This document shows, one piece after another, positions 51,336-61,349 of a stretch of DNA of 64,000 nt (its first letter is position 1; every line of letters starts with the position of its first letter). The DNA is taken from NCBI GenBank assembly GCA_008632985.1, contig QPGO01000049.1, forward strand, positions 124,001-188,000, given 5' to 3'. Origin of the DNA: Psammoneis japonica (Eukaryota). The position numbers and the translations under genes are program-made. Under the pieces are notes generated by a model, which made no database searches, was not told the origin of the DNA, and was given only the letters and a program-made list of their open reading frames with translations.

Positions 51336-51933
51336 TTGGCACTCAGTTTCTGAGATTTGCTTGTGTGGGCATCACACATGATCCACAACCATCATCAGTG
51401 TGCTTCATGATGTCTCACTTGCAGACACAGTTAGATGTTTTGCACAACTCATCTGGGTTTTTATAAAAATGGGTGAGCTCACACCAAAATGAACCTCTGC
51501 TCATTAGAGCGCATCCTCGAAACATTGCAAGGAAGGGGCCATTTGCGCGCCACTCCTTGACAAGAAGGTGACTCATTGAAGGCAATTTTTTGAAATCAAA
51601 TGTCACACTTTTGTGGAGCCAATGCACTTGTTGTGGGCCCCGCACTTTGATCTGGGGGCTCCGGAAAATCTTGGAAAATTTTGTTGTGCGCACGACACAG
51701 TGGCTGAAAAATTGTTGGGACAGAGCTGCAAAGTGTGTGAGAGAGATGGCGCTGCACATGAGACATGCTCTTTGGTTGGCTTCATGAGTTGGCCATTGTT
51801 TGGCATTGGGCACTGAAGTGGATTTGCTGTTTCTCCTCTTTTGCTGTCTGTCTGGCTCTCAGCCAGCAGCACTGTGCTTCTCTTTTGCACCAGAAGATCT
51901 TCAACCCTGTTTTTGCCAGGCTTTTGATTCTCC

Positions 51934-51935
<2 letters not shown>

Positions 51936-51966
<31 letters not shown>

Positions 51967-52130
51967 NNNNNNNNNNNNNNNNNNNNNNNNNNNNNNNNNN
52001 NNNNNNNNNNNNNNNNNNNNNNNNNNNNNNNNNNNNNNNNNNNNNNNNNNNNNNNNNNNNNNNNNNNNNNNNNNNNNNNNNNNNNNNNNNNNNNNNNNNN
52101 NNNNNNNNNNNNNNNNNNNNNNGGGGGGGG
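51936..52130. other. (GT)n microsatellite, 156-N assembly gap and poly-G
   Basis: GT repeat 51936-51966, N 51967-52122, G run from 52123. Confidence 0.95.
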
Positions 52131-52553
52131 TTCAGCAGAGAGGGTCATTCCTGCATGGATGGCAGATCACTCTCACAGTGTGAGTGCTTTTCAAAAGTTA
52201 GACCTGCCAGAATTGTTTCAGCAATCTTGGATTTGTGGGAGTGAGCGAAATGAAGAGCAGCCAGACGTGCACACAGACATCTGTTTATGTCCCTGGTTGA
52301 AATCGGAAACTACAACCGTTACACGTTTGTTGATTGTTGACACAGCATGACCGCAGAAATCTGCATTCAACGCATTTATTCAAAATCAATTTGAAATTGT
52401 ACCAGTATATATATATATATATACGTCGTATGACGATGAAACCGTTACACGTTTGTCGTGTTGTTGAAGCTCATCTCAGCAAATTCAACTCCAATCGTCG
52501 CATCGGTTCTAGATAGTCATTTATACATTATAAATCAATTAATATGAATATTG

Positions 52554-52832
52554 GAATGGAAGGCGCGCCCGCTCACGAAAAGTCCATCAACTTCACTTCA
52601 GATGATACACTTTTAGACAGTATATAGTACTGTAGAATTGAACGGTGTGTGCAGTATTCAACAATCCAATTTGGTAGGAGGCTTGGCGCATTGGTTCTCG
52701 AAAATCATTTATTCATTATTCATTAATATTTAAGAAGTATAGAATGGAAGGCGCGCCCGCTCACGAAAAGTCCATCAACTTCACTTTAGATACACACGTA
52801 CCTGGCACCGTAGAATTGAACGATGTGTGCAG
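52554..52832. repeat. ~95-bp direct duplication upstream of the Cys-rich gene
   Basis: GAATGGAAGGCGCGCCCGCTCACGAAAAGTCCATCAACTTCACTT occurs at 52554 and 52742, each followed by TAGAATTGAACGrTGTGTGCAG. Confidence 0.85.
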
Positions 52833-52959
52833 AAAAACGATTGTGTATCTTTATTTCAATCAGCGAGTTTGTCCCACAATCCTCCGTCTTATCTTCTCAC
52901 TTTTGCAATTTGTGTGCAAAGGTGGTAAGTCGTTCAACAAAGCTGCAACAAGAAACGAG

Positions 52960-54969
52960 ATGAAGTTCTTTTCTCTCTTTACGCTCGCCACTGTCGCGAT
53001 GAAAGCAATCTCCGTTGAAGCCTCGGGGTTTGTCGTGTGTAGCCGCAACAACAGAGAATGCGCGTGCTTGGGAGGTAAGCGTCTTTGTGGATCCTTTTGT
53101 TTCAAGCCGTTGCGTACAGTAGCACTCATGAGATTTCGTTGCTGCAGGTAACTGTGACATGTCAAAATGTAGGGAGGGATGCTCTTGCGCTGGCCGCGGT
53201 GGGTGTGATATGAGTCGTTGTACTAGCCGCTGTAGCTGCCCAGGTGGTAATTGCCACATGCCAAGGGCTCGGACCCTTTCGACCTGCTCGAGGGGCTGTA
53301 CTTTAGGTTGCTCGGCGACGGAATGCCCGTGCTGGCTAGGTGGGTGTACCCACGGTGCCTCGGGGTCTACTCCTGCTCCACCACCCCCAAGCCCTCCTGC
53401 TGGTTCCACACGTTTCCCCAACGTCATGCTCTGTGAACCTTTTGGGTCCAGAACACAAGGATGCTCTTGTCCTTTGGGTAAGTTTTCGGATCGTACATTG
53501 TTGAACGACACATCGCATTTATATAACATTTGTTTTCACTCGATAACTTTCTTATCATTGTTCGATATACCAGGTGGCTGCGACATGACCCAATGCACTC
53601 GCCGCTGCAGCTGCCCTGCAGGTGAATACATTGTTTACTATCCAATATTTGCTTTTTGTACATTCTCAATTCGCTGAACCTCAATTACAATTTTGTTGTT
53701 TGGCTCTTGCTCGTTGCCTTTCAGGTAACTGTCGCATGAGCTCCGACTGCAGATTATGCGCTTGTGGTCCTGGATGTACTACCGCCAGAATGTCTAGGGG
53801 CCTAGCTTTGATGCAACCGATGCAGTTGGTTGCCGACGGTGATGCTCGGGAATTGTCAAACGAAGAGGGAGAAAATGGCTTTGTCGGCTTTACTGGCTTT
53901 TCTCCCGATGATCCAGATGGCACTGATTCCATCCTTCTCCGAATCAGAGATAGTGTCAACACTACGTGCGACGATGATGAAGATTGTTTCCTGGCCGTGT
54001 ATAATGTAAGCTCGTGCGCGCAAATTCCTTATGGGGATGATGGTACCCAAGCTCAAATTCCTTATGCTATTGGCGTGAATGAATCTTCTCCCGAAGAATC
54101 TGCCAGGCGCCTCTGGATGGCCCAGGCTATCTACGAAACCACAGAGAATGGTACTGTTGAGGAGGCGTTTGCCATTGACGTCGACCTGTTTGTTCCTGAT
54201 TTGGAGGGTAAAGCTGTCGTTCTCCATGATAGCGAAGGTCGATATCTTAGGTGTGGCATTGTCCAAACGGCTGCCAACCATGAAATGAAGTGCAGAAGGC
54301 CTGGAAGCGGAACGGAAGATTGCTTTTGCCCCCTGGGTAGCTGCGACATGAGCGAATGCACCTCCCGTTGCTCCTGTTCTGGAGGTAAGTACATCAACGA
54401 GAAGAATCGGCCATAAGATACAGCCGCCTTGTGATTCTAATGTCATGTTTTGTCCTTTCTCCGTGGTCTTCGTTCAGGTAACTGTGTGCTGAGCGCTGGC
54501 TGCAGCGTATGCACCTGCACCGGTGGCGGATGTACTACTGCGGGCAGCCCAGCCAGCTCTCCTCCCCCTCCAGCCAACAACGCTATGCTTTGTAACCCAA
54601 ACCTAGACGGAACGCAAGAGTGCTCTTGCGTCGGAGGTGGCTGCGATATGAGGGCATGCACCTTTCGCTGCGCTTGCACTGGTGGTACGTGTGCTTTAAA
54701 AGAAGAGCATTTGTAGACTGCCAATGCGTTTCTGGCGTGTCTTTCTCTGACAGCGTGTTGTTTGTTGTTTCTTCGCCTTTGTTGGCACTTTTTTTAGGTA
54801 ACTGTGTGCAGAGCTCTAACTGCAACGAGTGCTCCTGCACCGGGGCGGATGTACTACCGGCAGCCCGTCCGACGTTACCGGCAGCCCGTCCAACGCTTTT
54901 CAGCAGCACTCTGTTTTTGCATCGTTCATGGTTGCAGGAATCATCTCCGTCTTGATGCTCAGTTTTTAA
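52960..54969 (+). CDS. Secreted, probably GPI-anchored Cys-rich repeat protein; exons 52960-53074, 53148-53477, 53574-53621, 53725-54384, 54478-54684, 54798-54969
   Basis: Signal peptide and repeated CxCxxGxCDMxxCxxxCxCxxGNC. Five phase-1 GT-AG introns, all within Gly codons. Adding one G at 54842-54845 restores TGGGCTT and a hydrophobic C-terminus VFASFMVAGIISVLMLSF. Confidence 0.82.
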
Positions 54970-55984
54970 ATTGCATTCCAGATTGGTAGAAGGCATCGTC
55001 ATTTAGGAAGCTTGTGTTGTATCCAAGAAGTGTTTTAGCAAAGATATAGTCAGTGTAGAACCAACTTTGAAACTGATAGCTAGCAGGCATGTATATTATA
55101 TTGTTTTCATACCGATCAAGTCTAGCAGAGAGACTAGCTCTTTTAATGCCTTTTGGTGCTGTAGAGCAAGAGCCAAAAAATGATGTGTCTCTTTTTCGTC
55201 CCTTGCTTGCATTCTTTTGCCAACTTCCTTTCAGTTCTTCAGCCACTTCACTCGTCATACTTGTACTGTCAAACCCTTGTTGGTTGGCGCTACCCGGACG
55301 TAATCCCAAAAGGGCCAGCAGGTAGTCCCCATGTCAGGCCTGTCTTGCATTTATATTGGTGCAAGTTGTCGAAAATGATAATTCATTGCCATGTACTGTA
55401 ATGGCAAAGGAAACTTGCGGAGGATGAAGGTATGCAGAAAAGAACCACTTCTGCTTTTTTCCAGGGGGATTTGACACTTCGGTATCGCCCCGCGACCCTC
55501 GGACGTGTATTGATCGGTGAGCGTTGGCTGTTGGATATTCCATCCAACTTGGAATTAACTCGTTCATTACTTACTAATAAAGTACCAGTATGGTAAGGAG
55601 ACCGTAGATGGATTTTTTTTTGGATACTGACGTGAAATTGGCAGCACACGAGGTGATGCCCTCTCCGAATGGGTAAATCGGGCACTGGAGAGGACCAAGT
55701 GGTTGGGGCTAGCTAGAGGGGAAAGAAGCATGCGCAGCTTTTCCTGCAAAGCTGCGTAATCAGTGTGCCATGGCAATGCACAGCCACTAAGCTATTGTTG
55801 TCGATGATTCATCTACGTCAGCCGTTTGAACGCCCTGAAGCTGGGGAAAAAAAAAAGAAATGCATGCTCATCGGAGACAACGAGTTGAATGGAAAAGTGA
55901 AAAGTAATTAAAAGAGAGAACTCATAAATTATTTAACTTTTTTCAAATGAGTGCCCGGAGCTTGGCAGCGGTATGGTCTGGAAA

Positions 55985-57089
55985 CTACCTCGTAGCATGC
56001 ACATTTCTTTTGAATTCACGACTCCACAATCGTCCATCTTTGGTTTTAAAGGATCCCTTCATTTTCTGCTCCTCATAATCGACAAAGCACGGTCGTCCCA
56101 TAACACAAAGACCAAACGGCTTTGACGCTTTTTGAACCGCAGCCTCGGCGCCTTCCGGATTCTTGTATTCGACATAGGCAAATCCTTTGGATTGTTTTGT
56201 TTGATAATTCCGAGCCACACGGATCCCGCCCTCGACAATTTTGCCACAAACCGAAAACACTTGGTGCAAATCCTCCTCACTAGCGTCGTAGGGCAAGTTT
56301 TTGCAAAACACAGTGGTGCATCCCGCCGGTTGACTCCGTGCTTGACGAACCGACGCGGCTCCCATTGTCGTGTCGGGTTTTGGATTCTTGGCCTCCTTGA
56401 TGGTAATGTAACGCGTCCTTAAATTCTGGCCATTCAAGTCCTCGAGTGCCTTGGTGCGCGACGCTTCTGATCCAAACACAACATGACCGTATCCACGTAA
56501 TCTACCAGAGTCTTGCCATCTGAGCGAGTTTGGAAGAGTTTCTTGTTTTAGAGAACAGTGTTGCTGCAAAAGAAAGCGCAAGACCACTTGAACGTTATCT
56601 CTGTTTCACTCACCTTGGTAATCGGAGTTGCAAAATATCATCCACTCCATGCGAGGCAAAAAACTCTGTCACTTCCTCTTCTGTACACTCAAAAGGAATG
56701 CCTTCGATATAAACGGTATGATCGAGCGAGGCGAGCTTTTTTGCGGTTTCTTGTGGATCGCTCTCTTGATTCTGAGCTTCGGTAGATGCAGCTTTTGACT
56801 TGCGTTTTCGCTTACGCTTGCGTTTCGACTTTGTTGTTGTCTCTTCCTTGTCGCCCTCGAGGTTTTCTTGTTCTTTTTCATCCGGAATTCCAGTCTCAGC
56901 GTCACGAGGACTTTCTTTGGGATTGTTCGTAACAGCGTGTTGAGTTTTGGCGTCATCGTTTTCGGAAGCGTCCTCTTGCGCTATTTCTGCCTTGTCGTGT
57001 TCTCGTTGTTGCTCTTGTCTAGATTTTTTCGAAGATCGATGTTTTCGCCTCCGTTTATTCTTTTCACGAGTTGCTTCTATCTCTGCCAT
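55985..57089 (-). CDS. Two-RRM RNA-binding protein (nucleolin/Nsr1-like); intron 56520-56613
   Basis: Lys/Glu-rich N-terminus; RNP motifs TVYIEGIP/RGYGHVVF and TVFCKNLP/KGFAYVEY. Confidence 0.88.
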
Positions 57090-57295
57090 TGTTCCCAAAC
57101 AATTTTTCAGTTGTAACTGCAATGGCAAATTGAGGAAAGAAAAAAAAGTCAAAAAATGAGCGGTGGTTGGCGTTGGCGGAGGTTCAGGTTGTGAGAGGCA
57201 AGTGAGAGATGATTCCAGATTCCATGTCAAAACAAAAAGTTGCGAGCGAGTCTGTCCGCTGTTTCGGTTTCGTTTAGCCAAGCACGACAATGGCC

Positions 57296-57466
57296 CTCTA
57301 TTCTACGGTAGCTCTAGTAGTAGAGAGGGCCCTATCTACTAGAGAGTAGAGGTAGCCGCATACTGTAGTCCTATTGTAGATAGAGAGTAGGGCCCCCTAA
57401 TAGCTTGAAGTACTTCTACTAGAGCTACTACGAGTAGCATCTCTTGCTACTAGCATAGCTAGCTAG
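57296..57466. promoter_or_regulatory. TpA-dense (CTA/TAG) island upstream of the RRM gene
   Basis: About 170 bp of CTAC/GTAG/CTAG/CTAT/ATAG words. Function is inferred from position only. Confidence 0.4.
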
Positions 57467-57746
57467 GTTGGAGTTGGAGGGTGAAGCGTCGGACACGTAG
57501 ACTTAGACTGTGGCTCATCATCCACCAGCATTCTCCATTGGCGATTTTGCAACGTGCTATGGAATCACTCAAGCCCTCAAAATTGTTGTTGGAGTTGGGA
57601 ACTCTAGAGAGACTGCAAGTTGGGTATGAAACACGCATTTTTATATGATGATTAGAGCAAAAACGATTCCATCTTAACCCATGAATCGTTATTTCAGAAC
57701 AGCGGAGCAAGCGCAGAGCCGCACGTCCAACATCAGTTCGTGCCGG

Positions 57747-60700
57747 TTACGGATTACGGCCGCAAAGTCGAGCGGTGTATCCGTCTTTGCATGCAAACGG
57801 ATCATCTTTTGCGGACGGAGGCCTGCAGCTACAACCCCCTTCACACAGAGAGCTGCAAAAATTCCCCTGACAGCAGACTTCAACCGACCCTCCGGCTTCT
57901 GCAAAGGCCCCAGCTAAACAGACCTGAACTCCATTCGAGCACTCCACCCGGCTCCCATCTTCAGGCCCCGACTTACCACTGCCATATCCAATCTTTTCAC
58001 AGGTCTGATCACCGCCAGTGCAGCAGAGATCAACTGGTCCAGCACCTTGGAAATCTCCATTGTGACAGGCTTTTTTCCCCTCGCAACGTACACCGATATT
58101 CGGCTTTGCCGGATTCCCCCGAGCCCGCGACAATCTTGAGAAGTAGCATGATTGCTCACCGGAGCAAGCCATTCCCGTCGTGGGTAGTACAAACGATGAT
58201 TCGGAACACGCCTTTTCGCCTTGACAACAGAGGTAGTCATACGCGCTCGCATCAAGGCTGCGCTGCTTCGTGCAAGCCTCCTTGCCCTTGCAGCATAAGA
58301 ATCGGTCTCCATTGGGCGCTTGCTTGGTGTACGGCCTTGATCCGGAGTTTGTAGAACACACTGAATCGCAGATATCAGAGAGGTCATTATCACATACCGA
58401 AGGCACGGTTGGTTTTAATGTTGGTCGGACAGTAGGTCGAGGAGTTGGTTTAACAGTGGGAGGCGGTGTGGGTTGCCCGGTTGGCCCCGGCGTTGGATTC
58501 GGTGTAGGAAAAGGCGTCGGATTAGGTGTGGGAGCTGGAGTGGGCGTTTCTGTCGGAGGGACTGTTGGAGAAGGTGACGGAGGCGTCGGATTAGGTGTAG
58601 GAGAAGGAGGTGTCGTGGCGGTGTTCGTAGGTGATTGAGTTGGTGCAACCGTGGGGGTCTCACTGGGTTTCAATGAAGGTCCACCTGTCGGTGGCTGCGT
58701 TGGACCTGTCGTCGGCGTACGAGTCAGGATTGTCGTGGCTGCCAGAGTAGGCACCAAAGTTAACTCCGTAGGAACATCGGTAAGAGAAGGCGACGTAGGG
58801 ACTTTTATTGAGGATGATGGTAAGGGCGTTGCGTTCAACGTAGGGGTGTCGTTCACAAGTTCATTTGAACACAAACTGCAAGAAACGGGGCAAGCAGTGT
58901 AGCCAGGTACGGCGTCTCCGTCGCCATTGGTTCCCACGATTTTGCATCGTACTGATGGCTTCTCCTTCAGATACTTACATTTCTTCTGTCGTCCTGCGGC
59001 GTTTGTGTGGCTCCAATTATCATCATCTTTGCAGTCGGCTCCAGGTGCAAAGGTTGGAAAGGAATACGGAGCACGCGGCGCTGTAGGTAGCGAGGTGATA
59101 TGGTGACCAAAGGTAAACCTTTCCTGATCCTTAAAGGACCCGCCAGAATGAATCAGAACGTTTTCATAGTAAACAGAATACTCGCCTCTTCCAAAGAAGC
59201 AACAGATCCCGTCTTTCTCTGAATCTCTAATCGTGAATGTGTAAACATCGGAGACTAGACATAAACGTTCGACGTAGGATGCAGAACCACGGTAGTTGCT
59301 CCCTTTACCAACTTTGACACCCCTCGAGTCCCGGATATCCCACGACGTCTCAGCTCCCAATTGGTCAGTAGTTAGCTCTAGTCGAAATTCACTGTCGCTA
59401 CAGGAAAATTTTTCTGCAGTGTGAGCTTCGACTGGTGGGACATAGTTTGGATCTTGTCTGCATCCTCCTTGAGCGCCAGTGGACAAAGGGTTTGGAGAGA
59501 CATCTCCCGCAATGCATCCATCACTGTTAAGCAAATCATAGGCAGCTTTTGCTTGCACAAGACCATACCCCGTATCATCGTTGCATCCACCATCATCATC
59601 ATTTCGTGCCGTTCGAATGAGAACAGCTCGGATTTGATGATTTGTGCACTCCGGAAAGTGGCTCCATATGAGAGCAGCAACTCCCGTAACGAAAGGAGCT
59701 GCCATTGATGTACCACTCCAGACGTCATATCCAAAGGTTCTTCCGGCGTCGAACGAGACAGTGGAGAGAATATCAACCCCAGGAGCCGCGATTTCGACTT
59801 GGTCGTTGAATTGAGAGAATGAGGCTACCTTCATTTCTCTATCGATTGCCGCGACTGACATAGCGTAAGGATACGATGCAGGATACAAGTAGTCTGGTAC
59901 TCCACCATTTCCCGCAGCTGCGACAATTAAAGCGCCATCATCGTAAGCGTCCCGCATAGCCGTCAATAGGCTCTCGCTCTGGTTTGTGAGTCCCACGCTC
60001 ATACTAATAACTTTTGCACCCGCTTCAACGCAACCTTCGAATGCTACCATAAGGTCTGCTTCGCTGCCTTCTCCATTGCTATCTAAACACTTTGAAATAT
60101 GAAATTTGAATCTGCTGGCGTTGTTCATGACACCCACGACGCCAACGCTGTTGTTACCAAAGGCCCCAATGATACCCGCTGCAAACAACAGGAATTAACG
60201 AGGAGAAATTGTCAGAAAAAGAAAACACTGAGAAAGGTTTCAGAAATTCTTGATGGCTAACCTATATGAGTTCCATGGCCATACTCATCCAATGACCAAG
60301 GTTTATCTCCAGTTGACGTGCCAGTGACGTTTTGGGGTAGGTCAGGGTGTCCTAGTCCATATCCGCTATCGACGACACAAACTGTAATCTTTTCTGCAGG
60401 CGGTGGAATGTTCCACAATTCAGGGGCTCCAACCATATTGACACCGTAGCCAACTTCTGCCTGTGAAAGATGACGTCGTCCTCCTCTCCCTACAGACGAG
60501 ACTAGATTGCGTTGGAAAGGAAGCGCTTGCACTTTGTGGACGGGCTCTACATATTCAATGTCTCCATTCTTCGTCAGCCTCTTTAGGGCCTTCTTGTTAC
60601 GCGGATGAAGAGCCAAGATCTTTTGCTTTTTCATGTGCTTGTCGAATGTTTTATCTCTGGCCTGTCGCTTAGCAAATCTTTTCCCCTCAGTGTTCTTGTA

Positions 60701-60880
60701 TTTGACAAATAGGAAGTCCAGCATCTCAGGGATCTCCAGTCTGTCGTCGTGAATCACCTGATCGAGCATCGCTTTGTCCGTTTTGCTCATTGCCGATGAC
60801 CAACCGGCATGAGCGCACGACGAGAGGGCTAGAAGCGACGTTGCACCCCTGAAACAGGCACTAAACATAGTAGAATGCAT
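57747..60880 (-). CDS. Secreted subtilisin-like S8 serine protease with modular C-terminal extension; intron 60179-60261
   Basis: Signal and prodomain. Catalytic VVDSG, HGTHI|AG, AAAGNGG and SGTSMAAP. Then an ETSW..DGICC domain, a short Cys module, a Pro/Thr linker and a Cys-rich tail. Start at 60880 or 60868. Confidence 0.93.
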
Positions 60881-61349
60881 TGCAGAACGTCCTATCGAGG
60901 AAGCCAGAACAATGACTTGAATCAAAACGCTATGGAAGAGGATAGCAGGTACAGTACTTTGTCACTCTCTTTTATGAAGTCGAATTTGTAGGAGGAAGAC
61001 AGAACAATGACTCGAATCAAACCGAAATGGAAGATGATAGCAGGTGCTTTGCCACTCTAGTACTGTACACTTGTTGTTGTCTGCAGTGAGTGACATGCAC
61101 GTCGGTCATTGTGCAGAGTGGCAAGAAACACTTCACTGTACCATACATTATTGCCCTCTCCTTCGTTATTCGTCTTGCTTTTATTAATACTGTAGGGCCT
61201 ATGTACTACTTCTCCAGTGTTTCCAAAAGTCATGGTCATCATCCTTTCACCGCGTTTAGGGTAGACACGACGCTCCGTTGTACCAGTGCATGCCAACGAG
61301 GCAGTGAAAATCAAGGTCATACTTATTGTTAATGGTCAACATTTTTTTA

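Larger units (their letters stand above)
37625..52300. mobile_element. Nested, degenerate transposon block depleted of CpG and TpA
   Basis: No intact gene. Contains Copia and helicase relics, internal repeats, poly-G/C tracts and a scaffold gap. Tyr is almost absent from all six frames of the ORF track. Confidence 0.8.

Noticed and set aside
51936..51966. Telomere-like repeat at the gap
   Set aside because: Simple (GT)n, not a TTAGGG-type repeat; genes continue beyond the gap.
37625..52300. Numerous 100-370 aa Cys/His/Gln/Trp-rich ORFs in the depleted blocks (e.g. 38447..39559; also 8598..9515 and 62618..63346)
   Set aside because: Loss of TpA removes TAA/TAG stops and the TG/CA excess creates Cys/His codons in all six frames; these are not genes.
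37625..52300. Alternative genetic code or foreign-organism contamination as an explanation for the missing Tyr
   Set aside because: The depletion is frame- and strand-independent, the TE motifs are broken by stops and frameshifts, and the blocks are contiguous with host genes.
37625..52300. Classical fungal RIP
   Set aside because: RIP depletes CpA/TpG and enriches TpA; the pattern here is the reverse.
54959..55800. Possible minus-strand gene from ORFs 54959..55309 and 55567..55776
   Set aside because: Could not build a coherent exon chain or recognise a domain.
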